Source of the DNA: an uncultured virus (IMG/VR IMGVR_UViG_2049941000_000062)
Lineage: Duplodnaviria > Heunggongvirae > Uroviricota > Caudoviricetes
IMG/VR virus record: IMGVR_UViG_2049941000_000062
Direction: 5' to 3' (one strand)
DNA length: 61,425 bases
In this document: in pieces, positions 39,855 to 50,969 of the stretch
Numbering within the stretch: the first letter of the stretch is position 1
Layout of the letters: the number at the start of each line of letters is the position of its first letter
The notes under the pieces: generated by a model
What the model saw: the letters and a program-made list of their open reading frames with translations, nothing else
Databases searched by the model: none
What the model was told of the DNA's origin: nothing
Position numbers and translations under genes: made by a program

Positions 39855-42128
39855 TTACCTCACTTTCACAAAGTTTGTACCGTCGTAGATATAGTCTATA
39901 TAGCCTGAGTTTGAGTTGAATGCTGTTGCTAGTGTTGCAGGTAGATACTGCGAGGTTACTGTTGCCGTGCCACCGTCTACCATAATCTTCGCTCCTGCCA
40001 ATGCTTCGAGTTGTGTAATAAGTGTAGCATCTGTAATCTGTGTGTCCGTTGCGTTCTTTAGTGCGAAGTAGCACAAAACGATGTTATTAGTGATATATGT
40101 CTTAAAGGTTGCTGCGTCCCAACCATTATTTGAGAAGTAGATACCGTCATCGCCGACAGCACAGCCAACATTTGTCAAGCCGTTAACGAGAGCGTTCGCA
40201 TAAGTGTTCGTGAAGTGGTCACTCATCATAACCCCTGCTACTGATTTACTTGCGGCAGGCTGAATATCGTCCATTCCTAAGAGCGTCCAGTTAATCTTTA
40301 CCGTAGAAACAGATTTCCACCAAGGCAGGTCTTTTGTGTCGTAGAGATTGACCTTCTTTGTTTCTTTGTGAACATACCAGTCGTCGCCACTCTTGTAAAT
40401 ATAGTCTTGGTAAGTGCCGATTTTGCAGAGTTCGATAGGAGTGAAGTATGGTGCATAGGTAGTCTTAACGCTGCCGAACTCTAACTGAATCTTCAACGAA
40501 TCGACAATCTCTTGCGTTTGAACTGGTGTGTTGTTGCTTGAATCACGAGGCTGAATAATAACACCTAGATAATTCGTATTATTACCAGTTGTAATCGTGC
40601 TTGTTCCAGATAGCCAGTCAAACGATTCTCCACTCTCTGTTGTAGTGTTGCGAAGTCCTACGACATATAACCTAGTGTTCGGGTATGTGCTAGTATCGTT
40701 AATCGAGAACGTTAATTTGGTATTTGGTTGAACTTTTACAATGGCTAAATCACGATAATCACTACTAGAAGTAGTGAATACGTTGCCATCAGTACCTGTG
40801 AATGTAGCGTTAGTCTTAATCTGAACGGCTGAATTGTCGAACAGATTCTTACCCAAGTTCACTTCATACTCTCGGCTTTGGCTGTTTCCATCAGAAATAG
40901 TGATGGTTTGCTCGCCACTCACGGTGTGAATTGTTTGTGGGTAATCTGGGTTAGGGCTTGCAATTCCACCGACATAAGGTTCGAATGAACTTGCTTGGTT
41001 GCCAGCCTCAAGTTGAGCCTTGAATGTTTTGCCAGTATAGTTTGTGCCATTAGTCGTCGTCAACCAAAGCCTTACGCTTGTCGCATTTTGGGGAACGACA
41101 CATTCTACTGATGTATCATTATCGCCGAGTGTTTTTTGCAATATATTTGTAGTGCCATTGAAGAAAATGATATTTCTCCCTAGGCCTGCTTCGGTTGTTG
41201 CACTAAAAGTGTATGTACCAGCTGGTAAGTTTACGGAAACATCGTTAAAAGCATTCGACCAGTTATTATTTGCTGTGCCTGAAAGCGTTATCACGCCTGT
41301 TGCAGCATCATAGGAAGCAGTAAGGCCGCTACTTACTGAGCTTCTTGGGCTTGGTAATAAGAGGTTCTTTCCGCTATACGTTGTCTGCTCTGTATCGCCT
41401 TTAAGCTCGGTAACCGTGTTGTATCTGTCGTCTACGAAGTATTCCTGACCTGCAGTTCCTGTTGATGGTAATGAACTTACAAAGATAGGTTTGTCTGCCT
41501 TGCCTGCGAGTGCGTTCGTAACTACCTTATTCTGTACAGGGTTCTCGGAAGTTGGAGACAATGCTGGATCTATTGTTGGAGTTACACCGTCCGAGATTTG
41601 AGCGGTGGTTGTACCGTCTTTGTCTGTAATCGTGATCGTTGCGGTATCGCCAGTCTTTGTAACCGTAGCAGTAGGGCTGAAACCGTCTGCGCCGTCCTGG
41701 CCTGCAGGGCCTTGACTACCTGTATCGCCTTTTGCACCTTTAGGAATGCCGAAGTCGAAAACTGCAGCCGAACTTGTGCCGGTGTTTGTTACTGTTGCAT
41801 CTTCGCCTGGTTCGAGTGTGGTAGTTGTACCNNNNNNNNNNGAAATGGTAGCCGCAGCACCTGTTTCGCCTGTATCGCCTTTGTCGCCTTTAGGGATACC
41901 AAAGTTGAAGATAGCTGCAGAAGTAGAGCCTACATTCTGTACGGTTGCGTTTGAGCCTGCTGGTAATGTGGTAGTAGTGCCAGCGGTTACGGTTGCTGCC
42001 TCGCCTGGAACTCCTTGAGGGCCTTGAGGGCCTGTCTCTCCGGTTAAACCACGAAGACCACCAGCATTCTTAACTACTACGTGTGAGTTTGGCTGTGATA
42101 CTGTTACTTTATTCTGAATAAGTCCCAT
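39855..42128 (-). CDS. Long tail fibre allele 1
   Basis: Collagen repeats, FNFGIPKG repeats, GKNL domains. Confidence 0.75.
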   Translation of the reverse strand: MGLIQNKVTVSQPNSHVVVKNAGGLRGLTGETGPQGPQGVPGEAATVTAGTTTTLPAGSNATVQNVGSTSAAIFNFGIPKGDKGDTGETGAAATIXXXXGTTTTLEPGEDATVTNTGTSSAAVFDFGIPKGAKGDTGSQGPAGQDGADGFSPTATVTKTGDTATITITDKDGTTTAQISDGVTPTIDPALSPTSENPVQNKVVTNALAGKADKPIFVSSLPSTGTAGQEYFVDDRYNTVTELKGDTEQTTYSGKNLLLPSPRSSVSSGLTASYDAATGVITLSGTANNNWSNAFNDVSVNLPAGTYTFSATTEAGLGRNIIFFNGTTNILQKTLGDNDTSVECVVPQNATSVRLWLTTTNGTNYTGKTFKAQLEAGNQASSFEPYVGGIASPNPDYPQTIHTVSGEQTITISDGNSQSREYEVNLGKNLFDNSAVQIKTNATFTGTDGNVFTTSSSDYRDLAIVKVQPNTKLTFSINDTSTYPNTRLYVVGLRNTTTESGESFDWLSGTSTITTGNNTNYLGVIIQPRDSSNNTPVQTQEIVDSLKIQLEFGSVKTTYAPYFTPIELCKIGTYQDYIYKSGDDWYVHKETKKVNLYDTKDLPWWKSVSTVKINWTLLGMDDIQPAASKSVAGVMMSDHFTNTYANALVNGLTNVGCAVGDDGIYFSNNGWDAATFKTYITNNIVLCYFALKNATDTQITDATLITQLEALAGAKIMVDGGTATVTSQYLPATLATAFNSNSGYIDYIYDGTNFVKVR

Positions 42129-42131
42129 GGG

Positions 42132-42524
42132 CTATACCCTCAATGTCGCAACGTCCATAATAGTAAACTCTCCAGTTGCGAGAGTATTTTCTGCTGCTGG
42201 ACTCTGCGAATCTGTTACAAGTTTAATATCGTAGAAATAAGTTCCGTATGCGATGTCTGTCTTGTTTGCTGCAATAACGAGGTTAAGAGAGCCGTCTTCG
42301 TTAGGTTCTACGTCTGTACCATATACCCAGTTCTCTTTGATAAGAGCATCTGAGTCGTCTTGGTCTGAATCAGGTTTAACCTTTACTGTGAAGTAGATAG
42401 TATCGCCGTCGTGGAACTNNNNNNNNNNNNNNNNNNNNNNNNNNNNNNNNNNNNNNNNNNNNNNNNNNNNATCAAGAATGATTGTGCAAGTGTTCTTTCT
42501 GTAAAACTTTAATGGGTTAGCCAT
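42132..42524 (-). CDS. BppU-like small tail protein
   Basis: GTYFYDI; homolog at 47000..47353. Confidence 0.6.
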   Translation of the reverse strand: MANPLKFYRKNTCTIILDXXXXXXXXXXXXXXXXXXFHDGDTIYFTVKVKPDSDQDDSDALIKENWVYGTDVEPNEDGSLNLVIAANKTDIAYGTYFYDIKLVTDSQSPAAENTLATGEFTIMDVATLRV

Positions 42525-42856
42525 TAGTCCTCCTTAGCTTTATCTTCTTTGCCGATAAGTCCTGCTAGGAAGTTGTCTGCCTTCTTGTCGATTTTCTTTC
42601 TTGTTTCTTCTGGAACGTCAGACTTTTCTGCGAGCATTTCGCCAAGAATCTTACCAGCGCCTTTAGCTGAAGCCATAATGTCGATAAGTTGGTTCTTCTC
42701 TTTTTCTGACAAATCTTCCGAAGCTAAGAGCTTGTATCCATCTTCAAGAAACTCACCAAGATAGTGCTTGAGGCTCTTGAGAGTGTAAACACACTCCATT
42801 TTCTTTGCTTCTTTTCCGTCCTTTTTGCCTTCCCCCTTTAAGATTTCGATTTCCAC
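42524..42856 (-). CDS. Hypothetical late protein (GTG start)
   Basis: Homolog at 47353..47682; preceded by the leader motif. Confidence 0.7.
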   Translation of the reverse strand: MEIEILKGEGKKDGKEAKKMECVYTLKSLKHYLGEFLEDGYKLLASEDLSEKEKNQLIDIMASAKGAGKILGEMLAEKSDVPEETRKKIDKKADNFLAGLIGKEDKAKED

Positions 42857-42944
42857 GATAGAACACCTATCGCACCGCCAACTGTCTATATTATAACACA
42901 AAAGAATAGAGCCGACTATATGTGCCGGCTCTTTTGGTGGGTGG

Positions 42945-43368
42945 TTAATGTAGAACGGTCATCTTATAGCCGAGTTTGCCAAGCTGAAAAAGTAATGCTT
43001 CACCAGTTGTGTCATCTCCGCTAAAGAAAAGACCATTTGAGTGCTTGAACATATAGATGCCTGAAAACTGCTTTGTGACTTCTTCGATACGACCTCTGTC
43101 GGCCTCGTCATCAAAGTTGATGGTTAAGAATACCTGCTTCATAGTATCACCCCCTGTCTATGTAGTATTCATACCCCTCGTCCGTGATAATGTCCTCGAT
43201 GCGTGTAATAGTTCCAGACTCAAGCTCGCCGTAGATGAATGCGTTTGTGCCTGTATAGAGCATATTTACCGCTCCGAAGACCCTTATCTTCTCGTAGAAT
43301 GCCTTAGACTTTGCTTCAGTAGGAATGCTCTTGATTTCAATCAAAAACTTCTCCATACATATCACCAC
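42945..43368 (-). CDS. Two small divergent proteins (65 and ~69 aa)
   Basis: SDs present; same slot as 47774..48177. Confidence 0.55.
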
Positions 43369-43401
43369 CTTTCTTAATGTGCGAAACCCACCATCACTAC
43401 A

Positions 43402-43761
43402 CTAAAGTTTGCCTTCTTTTTCTAATCTTTCCACCTCTTTGTGAACCCAAGAGTTAAGGTGAAGGTCGTTAGTGTAGTGATCGTAGTTCTCGTAGAACCT
43501 CTCCCTCGCAGCCATATCTAACTTAGCGCCATCGTTGACAGCCGAGATTGTCTGCTGGAGATAGTTCTTAGTGTTGTCAATATCAACTCGGTTAAGATGC
43601 CCCTCAATCGAATCGAGGCGCTTGTTGGTGTTCTCGAGCGCCCCACTTACTACTTTTCCGAGATGCTTAACAACAAAGCGAGCAATAACAGCACCACTAC
43701 CAAGTATGCCAGCAATATAAGCCAAAACATTACTAATATCTCCTAGTGTTATATTCTCCAT
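43402..43761 (-). CDS. Single-TM coiled-coil protein (lysis accessory/holin-like)
   Basis: Homolog of 48218..48577. Confidence 0.6.
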   Translation of the reverse strand: MENITLGDISNVLAYIAGILGSGAVIARFVVKHLGKVVSGALENTNKRLDSIEGHLNRVDIDNTKNYLQQTISAVNDGAKLDMAARERFYENYDHYTNDLHLNSWVHKEVERLEKEGKL

Positions 43762-43789
43762 ACGTTTCCCCCCGTGCCNNNNNNNNNNC

Positions 43790-44104
43790 TCCTGGCTCGC
43801 CTGGAACGCCTGGAGGCCCTTGAATACCTCTAGGGCCTTGAAACTGTGCGCCTTCTCCTTCTTCCGGCCATTTTGTTCCCGACCAGACATAGAGTAAGCC
43901 GTCTGACTGCACGAAGTATGCTACACCAGCGTCCGACTCCGTGAGCTGGTATGGTAGGTCTGCGTATGTATTGACCGAGCCGTCTATCTGAAGCCCAGCA
44001 CCGGCAGGCCCAGGTAGTCCCTGAAGCCCACCAGCGTTCTTTACTACAACGTGATTATGTTCCTGTGATACTTTCACAAAGTTGTTAACTACATTTGGTT
44101 GCAT
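43790..44104 (-). CDS. Second tail fibre gene N-terminus
   Basis: Near-identical N-terminus to 39005..39853. Confidence 0.7.
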
Positions 44105-44112
44105 AAGCCTCC

Positions 44113-46996
44113 TTAGCTGTTAGCTATTCTTATAAGGGCAGCATAGAACTGTGTTGTAGAGAATGCGCCACCAGCGTTCTGTGCGCCGTATGTATAGTTC
44201 ACGGTTATAGTCTGGTCGCTAGGGACGATAAGAATACCAGAGCGAGCGGTAAAGCTATATCCTGAGATAGCAGGGACTCTACCACCTAAGTTGCTTGCAT
44301 AAAGGCCTGTCCCAGTAAACGTGATGTTGAGGGCAAGCTCAGTAGATGTTCCAGCGGTTCTGTTTACTGAGAACGGGACGAAGATAAAGTATCTACCAGC
44401 CTTGAATGTGATTTGCTTAGAATCTATCGTGGTCTGAGTGTAACCGCCAACTGTGTTGGAGACTGTAGCTTCGTTAAACCAGATAGTTTTGTTGTCAAAC
44501 TCTGAATAGTCCATTTTTGCTGGAGTTATAGCACCGTCTGCGACCTTAGGAGTGGTTATAGCACCGTCTTCAATATCGTTAGTGCGGATAATTCGATAGA
44601 ACCAGGTGTAGTAGTCCAAGTCTAGCTCGCCTGGCAAGTCTGTTGACGTAACCTGAATGTATGTATTTCCGTTGTAGAGCGTAGCGCNNNNNNNNNNTTG
44701 CGACCTTAGGAGTGGTTACTGCACCGTCTTCAATATCTACGGTTTCTACGTTCCTATGGAAGTAAGTCCAGTAGTCTAGGTCTAGCTCGCCTGGAAGGTC
44801 TGTTGACGTAACCTGAATGTATGTATTTCCGTTGTAGAGCGTAGCGCTGTCAAGAGCGTTAAGCTGTGAGATGAGCGTTGCGTCTGTGATTTGTGTCTCA
44901 GTTGCGGTTGCAAGAGGAGCGTAGATCTTTGGCTGGTATGTGTCAAGCCAGGTCTTAAAGTCTGCAAGGCTCAAGTCTGAGGTGTGTGTTAACCATAAGA
45001 CACCCGTTGAAGTGATACCGAACGCACCGTTTCCACCAGTCCAAGCTTCTTCTTCGTAGTGGTAGTAGTTCGACATCTTGAGGACGCTTGCCGTTAAGTT
45101 GACCGTTCCACCAGCCCAAACGTTTGCGAATGTAGCAGTAAAGCCGTTAGGGTGTGCTGAACCTTGACGATACCAGCTTGCGTCTGAAGAAGTGATAGGA
45201 GCTACACCGACTTCTTTATGAATATACCAGTCGCTACCACTCTTGTAGATATAGTCTTGATACGTTCCGATTTTACAGAGTTCGATAGGAGTGAAGTAAG
45301 CAGCATAAGTAGTAGCAGACGAACCTTTCTCGATTTGTAGAGCGTTTAGGGTGTCGTCAAGAGCCGTCATATCAGTTCCGAAGTAAACGTATGCTGAAAG
45401 GTAGTGGTCTTGTGGCCCTGAAGTGATAGTGAGAACGTTCTGGCTATTCGTAGTCTGCCTTGACGTTGCCGTAGTTGATGTTGACGGATAAGCTGTTGAC
45501 GTTGCGATAGTAAAGTCGTTGATAGCGTGATAGCCACGAGATACTGTATAGGTAGTGTTAGGCTCAATAGGAATAACTACCGTGTTTGCGTTTGTAGAGG
45601 CAACAAACTGTAAGCTACTGTTAATAAGCAAAGCTTCAATAACAGGGTGTTCTGCGTCAAAGAGGTTCTTACCGAGGTTGAGATTGAGCGTATGTGTTTG
45701 GCTACTACCGTCTGAGATAGTGATAGTCTGCTCGCCGGTTACGGTTTGAACGATCTGTGGATAACTTGGGTTAGGGCTTACAGTTCCGCCACAATATGGC
45801 TCAAACTGGCTTTCTTCAGAGCCTTCTTCGAGCATTATATTAGCCACACCTGCACTTGAGCCAGCGCCCCAAGCGTTGTAATACAATATAGCAGACGTTG
45901 TAGCCGTGAATGTATATTTCCTATGACCGGCTATTGGTTGCCACCAAGTGTAGATACTCGTTCCGCTACTGCCATATTTTATTGCTACCCCACCGTCTCC
46001 AGTTATGCTCCCTAGCAAATTGAACGATATTGTATACGTCTTACCAGCCTCTATATCCCCGATATTGAAGTTATTTGTGCCAGATGTATTATAGTTTGCA
46101 AGGTTCTTGCCACTAAGCTTTTCTTGTTCCGTATCGCCATAGATATAGTTTAATGATTCGATACTACTACCAGCGTCCGTAAGCTCGATGTTAGTACCTG
46201 TAACGTTCCTAAATAGCTCTGGTTCTGGGCCTGGGTCGCCCTGGTCGCCCTTAGGTAGCGTAAGGTTAAGGGTTTGGTTTGGAGCTGTACCTGTGATAGT
46301 AGCAGCTGCGGTGTCGCCACTTTCTACCGTTCCGATAGAGAGCGTGTTAGCTGGGCCTGTTGCACCTGTATCGCCTTTAGCACCTTCTGGGATACCAAAG
46401 TTAAAGACTGCTGCTGAAGTAGTGCCAGAGTTCGTAACCGTAGCCGATGAGCCAGCTGGTAAGGTCGTAGTAGTTCCAGCTGTGATAGTAGCTGCCTGAC
46501 CGTCTGCACCGTCCTGACCTGCTGGGCCTTGTGGGCCTTCGAACTGTGAACCTTCGCCCTCTGCTGGGAACTGAGTGCCAGACCAAACGTAAAGCTTACC
46601 GTCTGCCTGCACGAAGTAAGCCTTACCTGCGTCTGCTGGAGTAAGGTTGGTTGGAAGGTCTTGGTAAGTAGCTACTGAGCCTGTGATAACTAGACCTGCA
46701 CCAGCGTCCCCTTTGTCGCCCTTATCGCCTTTAGGGATACCAAAGTTAAACACAGCCTCAGAGCTTGTGCCTGAGTTGGTAACGGTTGCGTCTGAGCCTG
46801 CTGGTAAAGTGGTAGTAGAGCCAACGGCAATAGTTGCAGCGGTTCCGTCTTTACCGTCTTTGCCTGGAACACCTGGCTCGCCTTGTGGCCCTGGCTGACC
46901 TGGAGCGCCTGCTGGACCCTGCAAGCCACCAGCGTTCTCAATAATGATGTGTGATACTGGCTGTGATACTTTGACTTTGTTCTGAATTAGTCCCAT
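44113..46996 (-). CDS. Long tail fibre allele 2 (C-terminus 44113..44687 from a sister allele across a gap)
   Basis: Collagen repeats; PGELDLDY segment duplicated on both sides of the gap. Confidence 0.7.
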
Positions 46997-46999
46997 ACT

Positions 47000-47353
47000 T
47001 TATGCCCTCAATGTCGCAACGTCCATAATAGTAAACGTGCCGACAGCAAGGGTGTTCTCGGCAGCTGGGCTTTGCGAGTCTGTTACAAGTTTGATATCGT
47101 AGAAGTAGTCGCCATAGGCGATGTCTGTCTTGTTTGCCGGGATAATAAGGTTAAGCGAGCCATTCTCGTTAGCTTCAACGTCCGTTCCGTATACCCATTC
47201 CTCTTTGATAAGAGCGTCTGAGTCCGTTTCGTCTGAGTCTGGTTTGGTCTTTACAGTAAAGTAGATAGTATCGCCTTCGTGGAACTGATAGTCGCACACC
47301 TCAAGTATAACCGTGCAAGTGTTCTTTCTATAAAACTTTAGTGGGTTAGCCAT
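47000..47353 (-). CDS. BppU-like small tail protein
   Basis: GDYFYDI; precedes tail fibre. Confidence 0.6.
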   Translation of the reverse strand: MANPLKFYRKNTCTVILEVCDYQFHEGDTIYFTVKTKPDSDETDSDALIKEEWVYGTDVEANENGSLNLIIPANKTDIAYGDYFYDIKLVTDSQSPAAENTLAVGTFTIMDVATLRA

Positions 47354-47682
47354 TATTCCTCCTTAGCTTTGTCTTCTTTGCCTTCGAGTCCAGCTAAGAA
47401 ACTGTCTGCCTTCTTGTCGATTTTCTTTCTAGTTTCTTCTGGAACGTCAGACTTCTCAGCGAGCATTTCGCCTAAGATTTTGCCAGCGCCTTTAGCTGAA
47501 GCCATAATGTCGATAAGTTGGTTCTTCTCTTTAGCTGATAAGTCCTCGTTAGTTAAGAGCTTATAACCGTCTTCAAGAAACTCGCCGAGGTTATGTTTAA
47601 GGCCTTTGATGCCATAAACACACTCACGCTTTTTATCTTCGCCTTTTTCTTTGCCTTCCCCCTTTAAGATTTCGATTTCCAC
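47353..47682 (-). CDS. Hypothetical late protein
   Basis: Homolog of 42524..42856. Confidence 0.7.
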   Translation of the reverse strand: MEIEILKGEGKEKGEDKKRECVYGIKGLKHNLGEFLEDGYKLLTNEDLSAKEKNQLIDIMASAKGAGKILGEMLAEKSDVPEETRKKIDKKADSFLAGLEGKEDKAKEE

Positions 47683-47773
47683 GATAGTCTCCTATCGCAT
47701 CGCCAATTATCTATATTATAACACAAAAGAATAGAGCCGACCATATAGCGCCGGCTCTATTGGTGGGGTGGGG

Positions 47774-48177
47774 TTATTTATAATTTACTTCGGGTTCTAC
47801 TGCTTTTAATGCTCTGATAAACTCCTGCAAACGTTCTGGAGTTCCCACGAATCTAACTACTTTATCGTCATATATCTGGTCTGATTCGTGAAACTTGTCG
47901 CATACTTCGTCTACTCCGTCTACATCGTAGTTCTCTCTGAATCTGATCCAATATACTCTCTTTGTCATAGCTACTACCCCCTTTCTATAAACAGAACACG
48001 GTGCGTCTTAACGGCTTCATCGCTTATTTTCTGTATTATATCGTCAGAGCTGTTGCCGTAAAGATAAGCCACGTCATCTAAGAGTGTGAGGTTTACCTTA
48101 TACTGCTCTATCTTGCTCCAAAGTTCTCTGCCTTCATTTTCTGTAAGGCCTTCACATATTGTTATGCAGAACTTCAT
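47774..48177 (-). CDS. Two small divergent proteins (64 and 67 aa)
   Basis: Strong SD AAGGAGG; terminator AGAGCCG/CGGCTCT downstream. Confidence 0.55.
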
Positions 48178-48217
48178 AACACCACCTCCTTAATGTGCTA
48201 CCCCCACCACCACTACA

Positions 48218-48577
48218 CTAAAGTTTGCCTTCTTTTTCTAGTCTTTCGACTTCCTTGTGAACCCAGGAATTGAGGTTAAGGTCATTAGTGTAGTGGTCGT
48301 AGTTTTCATAGAAGCGCTCTCTAGCTGCGGTGTCGAGCTTAGCGCCTTCTGAAACAGCCGATATAGTCTGTTGCAGGTAGTTCTTGGTATTATCTATATC
48401 GACCTGGTTAACTTGAGAAGCTAAGCCGTCTATCTTTTCATTCAACGGCTTAAGCTGCTCTTTCATTACTTTTCCGAAACGTCTAGACATAAAGCCAGCA
48501 ATACTACCACCAGCAGTAAGTATCCCAGCAATAAAAATAAGAACATTTGAGATATCTCCTAAAGTTATATGTTCCAT
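48218..48577 (-). CDS. Single-TM coiled-coil protein (lysis accessory/holin-like)
   Basis: N-terminal TM segment, downstream of lysin. Confidence 0.6.
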   Translation of the reverse strand: MEHITLGDISNVLIFIAGILTAGGSIAGFMSRRFGKVMKEQLKPLNEKIDGLASQVNQVDIDNTKNYLQQTISAVSEGAKLDTAARERFYENYDHYTNDLNLNSWVHKEVERLEKEGKL

Positions 48578-48767
48578 AACAACCCCCCTAGACTAACCGA
48601 ACCTCGCTCTGAACGGTTAGCCCTGTGTTTGTAGCCTTTTTGTCTTGTCATCGGCCAAAAAATGCCGGAGCGGAGGCGGAATTGAGAAAAAGCCTCCGGT
48701 TCACAAGTAACAGAAGATAAACGGCGTGCTAGCGAGCTATATTCAATGTTATGCAACGATACGGACA

Positions 48768-49661
48768 TTATTTTTTCTTCTTAATAAGCTTAAAGATCAG
48801 AAGTATACAGGTTCCAGCTTCGAGAAGAACCTTTGATAGATACTCAGCCCAAACCGACATATTTGGTGCTTGAATAGTGTTTACAATATCAGGAATGAGG
48901 ATAGCTCCCATAAGTAGAGCGTCCCCTACTAGATAAGCGATAAGTTTAGCAGTCTTAGACGGGTTGAAAGCGTCTGAAGCTTCTTCGATAAGACCGCCGA
49001 TAAGTTGCTGGTCTGGGCCTTTTGCTGGCTCAATAGGTTCTGTTGGTGCTGCCATTTGTTCGTCCTCCTTTGGATCGTTAGTTGTTGGCTCGGTTTCAAT
49101 AGGCTCTGTCGGCTCATCAGACGGCTCTGGGAGCGGTTCTGGAGCTGGAGTCGGTTCTGGTTGCGGTTCTGGTGTTTCAGGCTCAGGTAGAGGCTCTGGT
49201 TCGCTTACTTGGTCTGGTACCCATTCAATAACACGAGAGTCTAAGACACTCTCGCTCCAGCCAGTAAAGCTACCAACACCATATACTTGGCCGATGTAGT
49301 CAAGAAGCCAGTTAATTTCTCCGTCAAAGCGTTGGAATGTTGGTTGATGTGTATAAGGGCTAGAATAGACGGTAAGTCCGTTGCCTTGTCTAAAGCCCAT
49401 TACAACGTGTCCGTAGTCTCCACCTTCATACCAAAGCGGAACCCAGACATATTCAGGGATATTTCGGTCATAGTGTTTGCTCCAGCAACTCTGCCAAGCA
49501 GTTTTTGCTGAGTAAGAAGAACCGGCCGCACCATACGAGCCGGCTACGACTGCGAGGCACCAGCCATACCAGTCTGTTAAGATTTGTCCCCCTATCCAGA
49601 TATAAAGAGGGTTATTTGGATCATTATCCAAGTTAGGCGATAAAACTTGACGAAAAGCCAT
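48768..49661 (-). CDS. Putative CHAP/NlpC-like endolysin with PE linker and C-terminal TM domain
   Basis: GWCLAVV...YGHVV Cys/His pair; two C-terminal hydrophobic helices. Confidence 0.65.
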   Translation of the reverse strand: MAFRQVLSPNLDNDPNNPLYIWIGGQILTDWYGWCLAVVAGSYGAAGSSYSAKTAWQSCWSKHYDRNIPEYVWVPLWYEGGDYGHVVMGFRQGNGLTVYSSPYTHQPTFQRFDGEINWLLDYIGQVYGVGSFTGWSESVLDSRVIEWVPDQVSEPEPLPEPETPEPQPEPTPAPEPLPEPSDEPTEPIETEPTTNDPKEDEQMAAPTEPIEPAKGPDQQLIGGLIEEASDAFNPSKTAKLIAYLVGDALLMGAILIPDIVNTIQAPNMSVWAEYLSKVLLEAGTCILLIFKLIKKKK

Positions 49662-49854
49662 TATTTACACCCCCTACGGCCTTTGCGTCCTCCCCCTAAA
49701 GAAATATGGCGACTGNNNNNNNNNNTGGCTTTTTGAGTTGTTGTCTGTGTTGTGTACTGAGGGATAAAGAGAGTCAATCTCCCTGCAATTTCGCAAGTAT
49801 TAGAAAAAATATGTGCTAGCGAGCTAATTCCAATTTTTTGCGACGATACGGTCA

Positions 49855-50850
49855 TTATTTCTTCTTCTTGATTAACTTAACTACGAGAAGCACCCAGATG
49901 CCACCGGCCATAAATGCTTTCGAAGCATATTCAGCCCATACTGACATATTTGGTGCTTGGATTGCGTTTACAATCATCGGGATTTCAATTGCTACTAAGA
50001 ATAAGACATCGCCGAGAATATACCCTGCTACCTTTAACCAAGTAGGGATAGTAATACCCTTTGACGCTTCTTCGATAAGTCCACCGATTTGTTCGATGTC
50101 TGGGCCTTGTGCTGGCTCGACAGGTTCTTTTTGTGCCATATTTTCCTCCTTTGGCTCATTATTATTTGTTAGTTCTGTTTCAATAGGCTCTGCTGGCTCA
50201 TTAGAAGGCTCTGGGAGTGGTTCTGGTTCTGGAGTTGGTACAATTACTGTTTCAGGTTCTTTCGGTTCTTCTATGGGCTTCTGTGGCTCAGGCTTCTTTT
50301 CTTCTGGTTTGCCAACACCGTCCTTTACCATCTTTTGAATTGTTGAGTAGTCATANNNNNNNNNNTCTTTAACCTGCTCAATAACTCTCTTTTCGCAGAT
50401 GGTTTCAGTCCAGCCTAAGTATTGGTTGAGTTTGTAAGTCTTCGTGATTTTAGCGATAGTATCCTTGATAGAACCCTCGAAGATAGCGAAAGTATAGCTC
50501 TTTTTGTAAGGGCTAGACCAAATCTTAATCTTGTCGCCTGTGCGCTTAGCGATTGCGACGTGGCCGAGATATTCGCCGTCGTACCAATAGCCGTCCCACC
50601 AGATAAGACAATAAACACCTTCTGGAAGGTCATAATTGGTGTGCTTAGTTGTATTAGCGTTCCAAGCGTTAAGAGCCGAGTGCAGAGATTTAGTTGCACC
50701 GAATGCAGCCTTGCAGACAGCAAGACACCAACCGACCCAGTTTGTGCATAACACGGTTTTCTTCTTCTTTTCATCATAGACATAGACGTAGAGAGGATGC
50801 TTTGGGTCGTCATCAAGATTTGGGTAGATAAGTTGCTTATATGCTACCAT
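49855..50850 (-). CDS. Endolysin allele 2
   Basis: GWCLAVC...LGHVA; same architecture; one gap. Confidence 0.65.
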   Translation of the reverse strand: MVAYKQLIYPNLDDDPKHPLYVYVYDEKKKKTVLCTNWVGWCLAVCKAAFGATKSLHSALNAWNANTTKHTNYDLPEGVYCLIWWDGYWYDGEYLGHVAIAKRTGDKIKIWSSPYKKSYTFAIFEGSIKDTIAKITKTYKLNQYLGWTETICEKRVIEQVKXXXXYDYSTIQKMVKDGVGKPEEKKPEPQKPIEEPKEPETVIVPTPEPEPLPEPSNEPAEPIETELTNNNEPKEENMAQKEPVEPAQGPDIEQIGGLIEEASKGITIPTWLKVAGYILGDVLFLVAIEIPMIVNAIQAPNMSVWAEYASKAFMAGGIWVLLVVKLIKKKK

Positions 50851-50915
50851 CTTGCCCCCTGTAAAGACTTGCGATTATAAGACATATTATGTCCTACGCA
50901 TCGCCACTATACTTA

Positions 50916-50942
50916 CATTATATCACATTTTGTGATATAATG
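50916..50942. promoter_or_regulatory. Palindromic back-to-back extended -10 promoters
   Basis: CATTATATCACA-TTT-TGTGATATAATG; similar copy at 52290..52315. Confidence 0.7.
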
Positions 50943-50969
50943 TGGTTAATTCCAAACGAAAGGGCATAT

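Noticed and set aside
48565..48768. 67-aa ORF (and 49696..49855) after the lysin
   Set aside because: Weak protein-level conservation and no clear SD; could be non-coding, so not called
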